From NCBI GenBank assembly GCA_938075155.1, contig CALJGL010000023.1, forward strand, positions 42,987 through 106,986: a stretch of 64,000 nt of DNA, given 5' to 3'. Source of the DNA: an uncultured bacterium (lineage in GTDB: Bacteria > Planctomycetota > UBA8108 > UBA1146). The notes beneath the pieces are model-generated. The model saw nothing but the letters and a program-made list of their open reading frames with translations. It was not told the origin of the DNA and searched no databases. A program made the translations under genes and the position numbers. How positions within the stretch are numbered: position 1 is the stretch's first letter; the number at the start of each line of letters is the position of its first letter. Positions 55,087-63,470 of this stretch are shown one piece after another.

Positions 55087-58083
55087 ATGATCAGGTTCAT
55101 CCCCCTTATCCTGATGTTACTACTACTAGTTGTCCCCGGCTGTGGGGGCGGTACCGGTGGACCTCAATTGGAAGTTATTCCACCCCAAACAGTGGAATAC
55201 TTCGGATTGGGCCCGTTTCTTCTCGGCAAAGAAATTGTTGCAGTCGAACCCTTCATTTCGGGGGGGCAGCCTGACAACTGGACAGTCTCTCCAGAATTTC
55301 CTGCAGGGGTCTTGCTGAATCCCGAAACAGGTGTGATATCAGGAGTTCCCGAAGAGGTTCACTCTCCCACTCCGCATACCATCATGGCTCAAAACTCTAG
55401 CGGTCATTTTGTAATTACAGTAATGATCAGTGTTCTACCCACGACTCCCTGTGGATTAAGTTATGAAACAGAATCTATTCAGGTCATTCTTGGTGAACCT
55501 GTCGGCCCATTTGTTCCTTTGTACGGGTGTGGGCCTGTTCAGCTCTGGACCATTATTCCGCAACTGCCAGAAGGGTTATTGTTTGACTCTTCAACGGGCA
55601 ACATCAGTGGTGTAGCGCAAGTGACCCAGCCTCTGACTGAATATCTGGTGAGTGGTTTTAATCAATTTGGCTCCGCCAGCACGATATTGGCGCTTGAGGT
55701 CATTGGCCCTCCACCCTGTCAACTGACATACGAAGTAGAGACTGTTTCGCTCTCTCAAGGACAAACCTTGGAACCACTGCTTCCAGCTGTCGGTTGTGGA
55801 GATGTGATACTGTTTTCCATCGATCCCGCTTTGCCGGTGGGTTTGAGTCTTAATGTTTCAAATGGGATTCTCTCCGGAGAAGCAGGGGGAGTTCACCCAC
55901 TCACTCAGCATGAAATAATGGCGAGCAATCCTGCAGGATTCACAAGCTTCACCATTTCTATTGAGGTCTTGGTCGAGCCTCCATGCAATCTCCAGTATCC
56001 CGAGTCTGAGATGACTTTGACCGTTGGAAATATTTTGGCCGACGGATTCTTGCCGACATCTGAGTGTGGACCAATTAGTCAATATTCGGTAGATCCAGCG
56101 TTGCCAGAAGGCCTTCTCTTGAACCCGGAGACGGGCGAATTATCAGGAACTGTCCTGGAGGAACAATCAGAGACTGATCATGTAATTCGAGCGTCTAACT
56201 TAACTGGTTTCACGGAGTTCCTTCTCGGTTTGGAAGTTCATCCAGAACCTCCATGCGATTACGAATATTCGGTGAATACATTGGATCTGGAAGTGGGTAC
56301 GCCTCTTCAGGTGCTTGCTCCGCAAATCTCTTGTGGACTGCCGACGATATTTGAGTCGTTTCCTGTCCTGCCTGCTGGAATCCAATTGGATTCACAATCT
56401 GGCGAGATTTCAGGACAACCGTTGGAGACATTGAGCGGAATGGTTTTCACCTTTATCGCTTCAAACATTTCGGGTGTTTCGACGACAACGCTTGAGATCC
56501 AAGTATTGCCAGAGCCACCCTGTGATTTTCAATACCCCAGTGACCAGATTCAGTTAACAGTCGGTCATTCCTTATCACCGCTCGTACCCTCTACAGATTG
56601 TGGATCACCGACGAGCTACACTGCTCTTCCTCCACTTCCCTCGGGGATCATTCTTGAGGTCACGACAGGAATCATTTCAGGGATTCCCCAATTCGTAGGG
56701 GGACCCACAAGTCATGTCATCCTTGCCGGAAATGTATCTGGAGATGTGAGTTTTCCAATAGAAATTGAAGTGATCGAGGAAGCTCCTTGTGACCTTACAT
56801 ACCCAGTATTGAATCTAACCTTGGAAACTGGGCAAGAAGTTGGACCTCTGAATCCTTTAGTCGGTTGCGGAGTTCCGACAGAGTGGGTTGTTTCTCCCTC
56901 TTTACCCTCCGGATTGTCTTTGGACCAAATGACAGGGACTCTTTCTGGAACTGTACAGGAGACGCAAGTCACATCTTCTTACCAGATAGAGGCTTCGAAT
57001 GGTGCGGGTTCAACGTATTTCACACTTGAGATTGAAATCCATCACCCTGCACCATGTGGGCTGACCTATTCTTCCTCACTGATTGAACTTTTTTCGGGTG
57101 AAGATTTAGCACCCATGATCCCAAATGTGGGTTGTGGACCCGTAGAAGAATACAGGATTGATCCGCAGTTGCCTGAGGGATTAACTCTCGATCCTATGTT
57201 AGGAATTCTGCAGGGGACTGCTCAAGGAGAAAGTCCTATTATCGAGTACGTGATTTCTGCTTTGAATCCGACGGGTGCTTCTGATTTTCCAGTACTGATA
57301 TCCATCTTTGGAGCAGCACCCTGTGATCTTCAGTACCCTGAAACAGTTATTGCTGCACCAGTGGGCACTCTTATTGAGCCACAGGTTCCAGTTGTTGACT
57401 GTGGAGTTGTTTCTACTTGGAGTATTGAGCCTCCTTTGCCAGGTGGAATGGAATTCGATACGACTTCTGGAGTGATCAGTGGAGAAGTACTTTCTGAAAT
57501 AGAATCCCATCACACCGTGACTGCTTCCAATGGATTTGGAGATGTTCAATTCGAGCTGACCCTTGTTTTTCGATTGATATATGAATACAGAGGATCAGAA
57601 CTCGTCGTGCCATATTCCATTGCAGACGGTGTGGGTAGCGGGTCCTTCACGTTGACAGCCCAAGAGAGTGAATTGAATCCGGGCTATCCTACTTCTCTCT
57701 CAGGGATTTCAATGGCGATTCAGTACAACTCAAATCTTCTTCAATTTGTGGATGCCGTTCAGACTCCAGAAACTGCTGCGCTAAACGGGGGCGAGGGACC
57801 TGATTTTTGGGCGATAAACCCCATCGACGGGGGTGTCCTCATAGGCATGCTTGTTTCGTTTAGTTTTGTTGATTCCCTTATACTTACTGATGAAACCCCG
57901 ATTGTGAATCTGAGCTTGCAGACACAGCCAGAGGCTTTCATTGGGGATAGCGTTGGAGTCGCGGGTCAACTTATATGGGGGAATCCCACCACTATTCCTC
58001 TCGACAATCTGATTGTCATCGACGGGGCTAATAGTTCGATCCCGGTGATGGAATCCGTCCCCTTCTTGATCCAACCTCAATAA
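55087..58083 (+). CDS. Large lipoprotein with about nine tandem He_PIG repeats of ~95 aa and a C-terminal cohesin-like domain (candidate scaffoldin)
   Basis: Signal peptide MIRFIPLILMLLLLVVPGCGG. Nine modules of consensus PPC.L.Y......L..G.....P...CG........DP.LP.GL.L....G.ISG......... C-terminal 170 aa (57571-58080) contains LNGGEGPDFWAINPIDGGVLIGMLVSF. Confidence 0.75.
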   Translation: MIRFIPLILMLLLLVVPGCGGGTGGPQLEVIPPQTVEYFGLGPFLLGKEIVAVEPFISGGQPDNWTVSPEFPAGVLLNPETGVISGVPEEVHSPTPHTIMAQNSSGHFVITVMISVLPTTPCGLSYETESIQVILGEPVGPFVPLYGCGPVQLWTIIPQLPEGLLFDSSTGNISGVAQVTQPLTEYLVSGFNQFGSASTILALEVIGPPPCQLTYEVETVSLSQGQTLEPLLPAVGCGDVILFSIDPALPVGLSLNVSNGILSGEAGGVHPLTQHEIMASNPAGFTSFTISIEVLVEPPCNLQYPESEMTLTVGNILADGFLPTSECGPISQYSVDPALPEGLLLNPETGELSGTVLEEQSETDHVIRASNLTGFTEFLLGLEVHPEPPCDYEYSVNTLDLEVGTPLQVLAPQISCGLPTIFESFPVLPAGIQLDSQSGEISGQPLETLSGMVFTFIASNISGVSTTTLEIQVLPEPPCDFQYPSDQIQLTVGHSLSPLVPSTDCGSPTSYTALPPLPSGIILEVTTGIISGIPQFVGGPTSHVILAGNVSGDVSFPIEIEVIEEAPCDLTYPVLNLTLETGQEVGPLNPLVGCGVPTEWVVSPSLPSGLSLDQMTGTLSGTVQETQVTSSYQIEASNGAGSTYFTLEIEIHHPAPCGLTYSSSLIELFSGEDLAPMIPNVGCGPVEEYRIDPQLPEGLTLDPMLGILQGTAQGESPIIEYVISALNPTGASDFPVLISIFGAAPCDLQYPETVIAAPVGTLIEPQVPVVDCGVVSTWSIEPPLPGGMEFDTTSGVISGEVLSEIESHHTVTASNGFGDVQFELTLVFRLIYEYRGSELVVPYSIADGVGSGSFTLTAQESELNPGYPTSLSGISMAIQYNSNLLQFVDAVQTPETAALNGGEGPDFWAINPIDGGVLIGMLVSFSFVDSLILTDETPIVNLSLQTQPEAFIGDSVGVAGQLIWGNPTTIPLDNLIVIDGANSSIPVMESVPFLIQPQ

Positions 58084-58355
58084 GTAAGAGGTCTTAGGAT
58101 TTCGGCATTTAAATCACAAATGTCAGGAAATAGATAAGATATCTTCCCCTCGAAATGTTAAAATATTGAGTCATACCTTTATGAAGGTGTAATGTTATTA
58201 GTATTCGTGAATCCTTTTGTCGCTATGTATTACAAGAGGACTGTTATTTATTGAAGTCGTTTCACCTTGGGCGATGACCTGTGCTATGAAATTTAATATG
58301 AGTCTATTTCAGACAACTGAATAGCCTGATCTATTTATTCATAAGATTAAAAAGG

Positions 58356-59735
58356 ATGTTTTTCATGATCCATGTGCAATCAAAAATATTGACTCTGGTT
58401 CTACTGACCACTTTTTGTTGCTCTGACCTGAGTTTTTCACAGGTACATACCCTTACTGCCGGAACCGGATCTGTTCTTCCTGGGGGCACGGTTAATATTC
58501 CCGTATTGTTATCCAACGACGAAGGCGCTCGTGGATACAGCATGGGAGTTTCTCATTCAGGAACAGACCTGACCTTGACCGCAATGTCTCCAGGACAGGA
58601 AGCAGCGGATGCGAATGCAGGCACCGGCCCAGATTTTGAATTCATTGATCTAAGTCCTACGGGTGGATCCGGAGGAACCTACGGTTGTATTTTGAGTACT
58701 GGAGCGCCTCTTGACGAGATCGCAGTGGGGACCAATAACGAGATTGTGTTATTGAGCTACAGTTGCTCTGGGGCCGCAGCGCCTGGAAGTATTACATCAT
58801 TCAATTTCTCAGATACTCTGGGAACTCCCAACGTTCAGACTGTCATTAGTGTTGTCGCAGGTGGTACCTCTATCAGTCGTATTCCGACGAAGGTAGGGGG
58901 ATCTGTATCTGTTGATACCCCTCCCGTCACCGGATTGAGCTGTTTACTCAGTGACCCTTGTCTCTGTGACTTCAGTCTTTCCTGGTCGAATGCTATGACC
59001 TACGACAGTATCGAGATTACGAATGGTTCTGGAGCTGTGATTCAGACCCTTGCCGGTACAGCTACGACTGCTGTTGTCTCTATTAGTGGCACGACAACGG
59101 GTGGTCTCGCCTCTGATAACCTTTCTGTCAGAGGAATCTCCAACGCCGTGACGAGTGCAAATGCAACTTGTACTGCAACATGTCCTGTTGTGGATTTGCC
59201 CACTGCTCCAGCTGGAGTCTCCTGTTCTGTGAATCAGTCAAATGGTGAGACGACTGTTTCTTGGACCAACTCTTCTACTTACGCTGCGATAGAAGTCCGT
59301 TTGGATGGCGCATTGGTGGGAACGCTGGGGGGTGGTGCAACTTCGACCACTGTCACCATTGGTGGCCCCGGAAGTTACTCAGTTTCAGTGAGTGGTAGCA
59401 ATGTTTGCGGTGCTCTTTCCTCAGCAGGCTCTTGCACAGCTGTTCGCGATAACTTCTTTATTCGCAATGATATCAATCAGGACGGAACTCAGAATATTGC
59501 TGATCCGGTTCAGTTGCTTGATTTCCTCTTTGGTGGAGGAAGCGTGAGCTGCCTTGATTCTGCAGATGTGAATGATGACGGTACTAATAACATTGCCGAT
59601 GTTGTTTACAGTTTGAATGTGATCTTTGGAATCTCAGTAGGCGGAACTGTTCCGGTCGTTCCGGCACCAGCCTCCGCCTGTGGTGGAGATCCCACTGCGG
59701 ACGGTCTCGATTGCGCTTCCTTTAACGGTTGCTAA
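58356..59735 (+). CDS. Secreted protein with an N-terminal cohesin-like domain, Fn3-like modules and a C-terminal dockerin-like module (candidate adaptor)
   Basis: Signal peptide. N-terminal GGTVNIPVLLSNDEGARGYSMGVSHSGTDLTLTAM...GTGPDFEFIDLSP...ILST...KVGGSVSVD, compare C. thermocellum CipA cohesin GDTVNIPV...GIANCDFVYSYDPNVLEI...KSFDTAVY...IVFLF...FDGGVNV. C-terminus NDINQDGTQNIADPVQLLDFLFGGG...VNDDGTNNIADVVYSLNVIFG...CGGDPTADGLDC...C. Confidence 0.7.
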   Translation: MFFMIHVQSKILTLVLLTTFCCSDLSFSQVHTLTAGTGSVLPGGTVNIPVLLSNDEGARGYSMGVSHSGTDLTLTAMSPGQEAADANAGTGPDFEFIDLSPTGGSGGTYGCILSTGAPLDEIAVGTNNEIVLLSYSCSGAAAPGSITSFNFSDTLGTPNVQTVISVVAGGTSISRIPTKVGGSVSVDTPPVTGLSCLLSDPCLCDFSLSWSNAMTYDSIEITNGSGAVIQTLAGTATTAVVSISGTTTGGLASDNLSVRGISNAVTSANATCTATCPVVDLPTAPAGVSCSVNQSNGETTVSWTNSSTYAAIEVRLDGALVGTLGGGATSTTVTIGGPGSYSVSVSGSNVCGALSSAGSCTAVRDNFFIRNDINQDGTQNIADPVQLLDFLFGGGSVSCLDSADVNDDGTNNIADVVYSLNVIFGISVGGTVPVVPAPASACGGDPTADGLDCASFNGC

Positions 59736-59745
59736 TCTAGAATCC

Positions 59746-59795
59746 AACACCGAAAAAATCCTCCTGCACAGCAATGTGTAGGGGGATTTTTTTAT
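59746..59795 (+). terminator. Terminator-like imperfect hairpin plus T-run after the island, before the convergent liu cluster
   Basis: atcctcctgcaca-gcaa-tgtgtagggggat followed by TTTTTTT. Confidence 0.55.
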
Positions 59796-60667
59796 GAGAT
59801 CTCTCGGGGTTGATTGGAAAACCAATTTGCAGTTTCTGCCAGTGAAGAAGCGGAGACACCGGTAGCGACTCCTAATTGATCAAAGAGGGCCACCAGAGAT
59901 TCCGTCGAAACATTACCCGAAGCATTTGGGGCAAAGGGGCAACCACCAATGCCTCCTGCTGAACCATCGAATGACCGAATCCCTGCTTCCCAGCCGGCAT
60001 GAGCACTCTCAACGGCTTGTCCATGGGTGTCATGGAGGTGTAGGGATATCTTTGAGGTGATGACTTCAGCCGAGAGTTCCGAATTGAGTTGGTGGGTGAG
60101 CTGGAGGACATGCTCAGGAGTAGCACTTCCAATAGTATCTGAGATGACTATCTCGTGTGCGCCCAAATCCAGTAATTCTCGCGTCATGTACAAAACGTCA
60201 CTCCCCTCGACCTCACCCTCAAATGGACAACTGAAGCAACAGCTGAGATACGCTCTGAGGGGTTGGGAATCAGCCGCGACAACCAAGCTTTTGAATCGTT
60301 CCAATGAATCTTGTCGTGAACATGAAGCATTTTTCGTACTGAATGTTTCTGTTGCTGACGTAAAAAATGCAAAGGCCGAAACTCCAGAATTTTGTGCCCG
60401 TTCGAGCCCTTTGAGATTGGGAACTAACGCCCAGGCAAGAAAATCTGAGTTCTTGATTTTTGTAAAGAGTTGATCGCTACTGGCCATGGCGGGAACTCTG
60501 TCAGGCCTGACGAATGCTCCACACTCAATTTCAGAAAGGCCGGATTGAGAGAGTCGGGTGATCCACTCGAGGCGGGTCTCTATGGACAGTCGGTAGTCTA
60601 AGCTTTGAAGACCATCTCGTGGGCCCACTTCAACCAGTCGGACTGTTCCTGATTTCTGATCAGTCAT
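59792..60667 (-). CDS. Hydroxymethylglutaryl-CoA lyase. Start at Met 60667 overlaps the upstream gene's stop by 8 nt.
   Basis: VRLVEVGPRDGLQS at the N-terminus and an HMGL-like TIM barrel. About 290 aa. Confidence 0.85.
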   Translation of the reverse strand: MTDQKSGTVRLVEVGPRDGLQSLDYRLSIETRLEWITRLSQSGLSEIECGAFVRPDRVPAMASSDQLFTKIKNSDFLAWALVPNLKGLERAQNSGVSAFAFFTSATETFSTKNASCSRQDSLERFKSLVVAADSQPLRAYLSCCFSCPFEGEVEGSDVLYMTRELLDLGAHEIVISDTIGSATPEHVLQLTHQLNSELSAEVITSKISLHLHDTHGQAVESAHAGWEAGIRSFDGSAGGIGGCPFAPNASGNVSTESLVALFDQLGVATGVSASSLAETANWFSNQPREIS

Positions 60668-61124
60668 TTTGCTCCTCCTGATTTCGCTCCTCCCGATTCT
60701 GCTCATCTTCAGACAAAACGACCAGAGATTTACCCTGAGCGACAGAGTCTCCCACATTCACGAGCACTTCTTGAATCCGACCGGGTGCCGGAGCCTTCAC
60801 AGGGAGTTCCATTTTCATGGCCTCGACAACAACCAGTATTTGACCTGCGGAAACTTCATCTCCAACTTGAACCTTAATCTCGAGAACTGTTCCGGGCATA
60901 GGGGAGACCGTCGATCCGTCCGTAGAAGAATTCCCGGCTTCTCTGAGAGGTTCGAAAGTTGTTTGGTAATGACCTTGCCAACTGAATCTGGGTCGGTTGG
61001 CAGATCCCGTTAGGACGAATCGGTGTTGCTCTCCGTTCCTCTCTACAAAGAGGATAGGAGGGGTCCAGTCGAGGATTTTCCAGTCGAGGATTTTCCAGTC
61101 ATGATCTTGCCTGTCAGTGTTCAA
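60660..61124 (-). CDS. Biotinyl/lipoyl carrier domain protein. This is the BT plus BCCP part of methylcrotonyl-CoA carboxylase alpha. It is either a separate gene coupled by ATGA or the frameshifted 3-prime part of the upstream gene.
   Basis: Biotinylation motif EAMKMELPVKAPAPGRI. The start ATG overlaps the TGA of the biotin-carboxylase ORF as ATGA. Contains a 15-nt in-frame tandem duplication (DWKILDWKILDW). Confidence 0.75.
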   Translation of the reverse strand: MNTDRQDHDWKILDWKILDWTPPILFVERNGEQHRFVLTGSANRPRFSWQGHYQTTFEPLREAGNSSTDGSTVSPMPGTVLEIKVQVGDEVSAGQILVVVEAMKMELPVKAPAPGRIQEVLVNVGDSVAQGKSLVVLSEDEQNREERNQEEQND

Positions 61125-62659
61125 GGCAGTACCCCCTCGAGATTGTCCCAGCAGGTCCCACGTCGCCTCTGACGGCTTTTTTGCGATTTAGTCCCAGTGG
61201 TCAGAACTTTCTTGGCCATGGATCTGAGAGGGGTCTCCCAGCTCTCAGGGATCACAGGTGAGCACCATTCACCCCAATCGGTTTCTATCATTCGGGTGTA
61301 AAACTTCCCGGATGAAAATTCCTCTGATTTCAATAGGTCTCTCCCGAGCGAGATGGAGGTTTGGAGTGGAGAAATGGACGTACAGTCGATCGCTTGAATC
61401 AATCTGTCCTTTGCCTGCTCTCTGGTGTCACCTGTCGCGATGATTTTTGCCAGCATGGCATCGTAATAGGGCGTCACTGTATCTCCTGAGCGAATTCCAG
61501 AATCCACACGTATTCCCTCAAAAGAGGGCCAGCAACAATCAAGAAGACGGCCGGTGCTAGGAATGAAATTTTCACTCGGGTTTTCAGCATTGACCCGAAT
61601 CTCAATGGAGTGCGCACAAGGAGATTTCCCATCCAGGTTGGAAGGGAGTTTCTTACCGATGGCAACCATCCATTGTAGTTCGACGAGGTCGACTCCGTAG
61701 GCTTCTTCGGTGACAGGATGTTCGACTTGAAGCCGGGTATTCATTTCAAGGAAGTAATAATTTTCTCCTGAAGAGTCCAAAAGAAATTCTACGGTTCCTG
61801 CTCCTCTGTAATTCACGGAGATCGCCAGATTTTTGGCGGCACTATGCATCAGTTTTCGAATATCTTTTTCAATATGTGGAGCAGGTGCTTCTTCCACCAG
61901 TTTTTGATGGCGGCGTTGAAGAGAGCACTCTCGATCACCTAAAATTGCAACATCACCGAATCCATCCCCGACAACTTGCACTTCAATATGACGTGCGGGT
62001 TCGATCAATTTTTCGAGAAAGAGTCTGTCGTCGTTGAAGGAGGAAAGAGCTTCTCTGCGAGCAGAATGAATGGCTTCCTTCAACTCACTTGAATCCCGAA
62101 CGATTCTCATCCCTTTTCCGCCACCACCAGAAACGGCTTTGACCAGAAGAGGGTAGTCGATGATCTCAGACTGGCGTGTCCAGTCCTCTAGGGAAGGCTC
62201 TGCATTCTTGTGTTCCAGTTTCTCGGGAGACCATGCTGGAGTACATGGAACTCCAGCGGCTTCCGCCAACTTTCGAGCGGTGACCTTATCTCCCAAATCT
62301 CTGGCTTGTTCAGAAGTAGGGCCAATAAAGATCCACTTCTCCGATTCTACAGCAGTGGCTAGATCAGGGTTTTCTGATAAGAATCCCCATCCTGGATGCA
62401 GTGCTGTTGCTGAGAGTTCCTTTCCAGCTTCGATGAGTTTATCGAGTCTGAGATAGGATTCATTCGAGGGTGCAGCCCCGATATTGATGGAGAAGTCTGC
62501 CTCTTCGACAAAAAGCGCCCCTTTGTCCGCGTCGGAGTAGACAGCGATTGTTTCTACTTCCAGTTTTCTGAAAGTACGAATCAGTCTTCTTGCCGCTTCG
62601 CCGCGGTTGGCAATCAGAACTCTGTGAGTCGCAGAATCTTGATTAGAGTTCTTCGGCAT
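61121..62659 (-). CDS. Biotin carboxylase subunit or domain of methylcrotonyl-CoA carboxylase (alpha)
   Basis: ATP-grasp biotin carboxylase motifs (RVLIANRGEAARRLIRT, GGGGKGMRIV, biotin carboxylase C-terminal domain). 512 aa. Confidence 0.9.
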   Translation of the reverse strand: MPKNSNQDSATHRVLIANRGEAARRLIRTFRKLEVETIAVYSDADKGALFVEEADFSINIGAAPSNESYLRLDKLIEAGKELSATALHPGWGFLSENPDLATAVESEKWIFIGPTSEQARDLGDKVTARKLAEAAGVPCTPAWSPEKLEHKNAEPSLEDWTRQSEIIDYPLLVKAVSGGGGKGMRIVRDSSELKEAIHSARREALSSFNDDRLFLEKLIEPARHIEVQVVGDGFGDVAILGDRECSLQRRHQKLVEEAPAPHIEKDIRKLMHSAAKNLAISVNYRGAGTVEFLLDSSGENYYFLEMNTRLQVEHPVTEEAYGVDLVELQWMVAIGKKLPSNLDGKSPCAHSIEIRVNAENPSENFIPSTGRLLDCCWPSFEGIRVDSGIRSGDTVTPYYDAMLAKIIATGDTREQAKDRLIQAIDCTSISPLQTSISLGRDLLKSEEFSSGKFYTRMIETDWGEWCSPVIPESWETPLRSMAKKVLTTGTKSQKSRQRRRGTCWDNLEGVLP

Positions 62660-63461
62660 TGTCGGATCCGGTCGTCAACCATGGGGGGGTGGTTTTCTCA
62701 AGAAAAGCCCTGAGGCCTCCTTGTGCCTCAGCGGTGGCACGTCTTTCCGAAATGCGCAGCGAAGTCAAGTTCTGAAGCTGTTCTATAGAATCGAGAGCGT
62801 CTACCTCTCGAATCAATGACTTGGCTGCACTGACCGCTTCGGGGCCGCCGGCAAGAATGGCATCAATGATGTGGGCAATAGTTTCATCGAGCTTGTCGTC
62901 ATCGCAAACCTCGTGAATCATCCCGATACGATGTGCGGTTTGCGCATCAAAACGCTCCCCGGTTAGAAACCACCGACGGGCTTCCCCTGCACCTATTTTA
63001 TGGATCGCATAAGGAGAGATCACAGCTGGAATAATCCCAAGTCGAACCTCACTGAAGGAGAAAACACATGATTGTGCTGCGACGGTGATATCTCCTGCAC
63101 AGACAAGACCTGTACCTCCACCGATGGCTGCCCCGTGAGCACGAACGATCACAGGAAATGGCGCTTCAGAGATGGTTCTAAACATCTCCGACATTCGGAA
63201 AGCATCTTCTCTGTTCTGTTCAGGAGTGAGGTCGATGGAGTCTTTCATCCAATTTACGTCTGCTCCTGCAGAGAAAACCTTGCCTTCACCAGACAGTACA
63301 ACAACTCTGACATCGGGATCTGTAGAGAGTGAAGCAAAGGTATTGGTTAATTCTGAAATCAAGACAGCATCGAACGCATTCCTCACTTGAGGGCGGTTCA
63401 GAACAACATCGACTCGATCTGCTGATCGGCGAACTTCGATGGTTTTTTGAGTCTCGGACAC
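62643..63461 (-). CDS. Enoyl-CoA hydratase/isomerase (crotonase) family, likely methylglutaconyl-CoA hydratase
   Basis: Crotonase-fold motifs (VVLSGEGKVFSAGADV, GAAIGGGTGLVCAGDI). Sits inside the liu-like cluster. Confidence 0.8.
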   Translation of the reverse strand: MSETQKTIEVRRSADRVDVVLNRPQVRNAFDAVLISELTNTFASLSTDPDVRVVVLSGEGKVFSAGADVNWMKDSIDLTPEQNREDAFRMSEMFRTISEAPFPVIVRAHGAAIGGGTGLVCAGDITVAAQSCVFSFSEVRLGIIPAVISPYAIHKIGAGEARRWFLTGERFDAQTAHRIGMIHEVCDDDKLDETIAHIIDAILAGGPEAVSAAKSLIREVDALDSIEQLQNLTSLRISERRATAEAQGGLRAFLEKTTPPWLTTGSDNAEEL

Positions 63462-63470
63462 AAGAACCTC

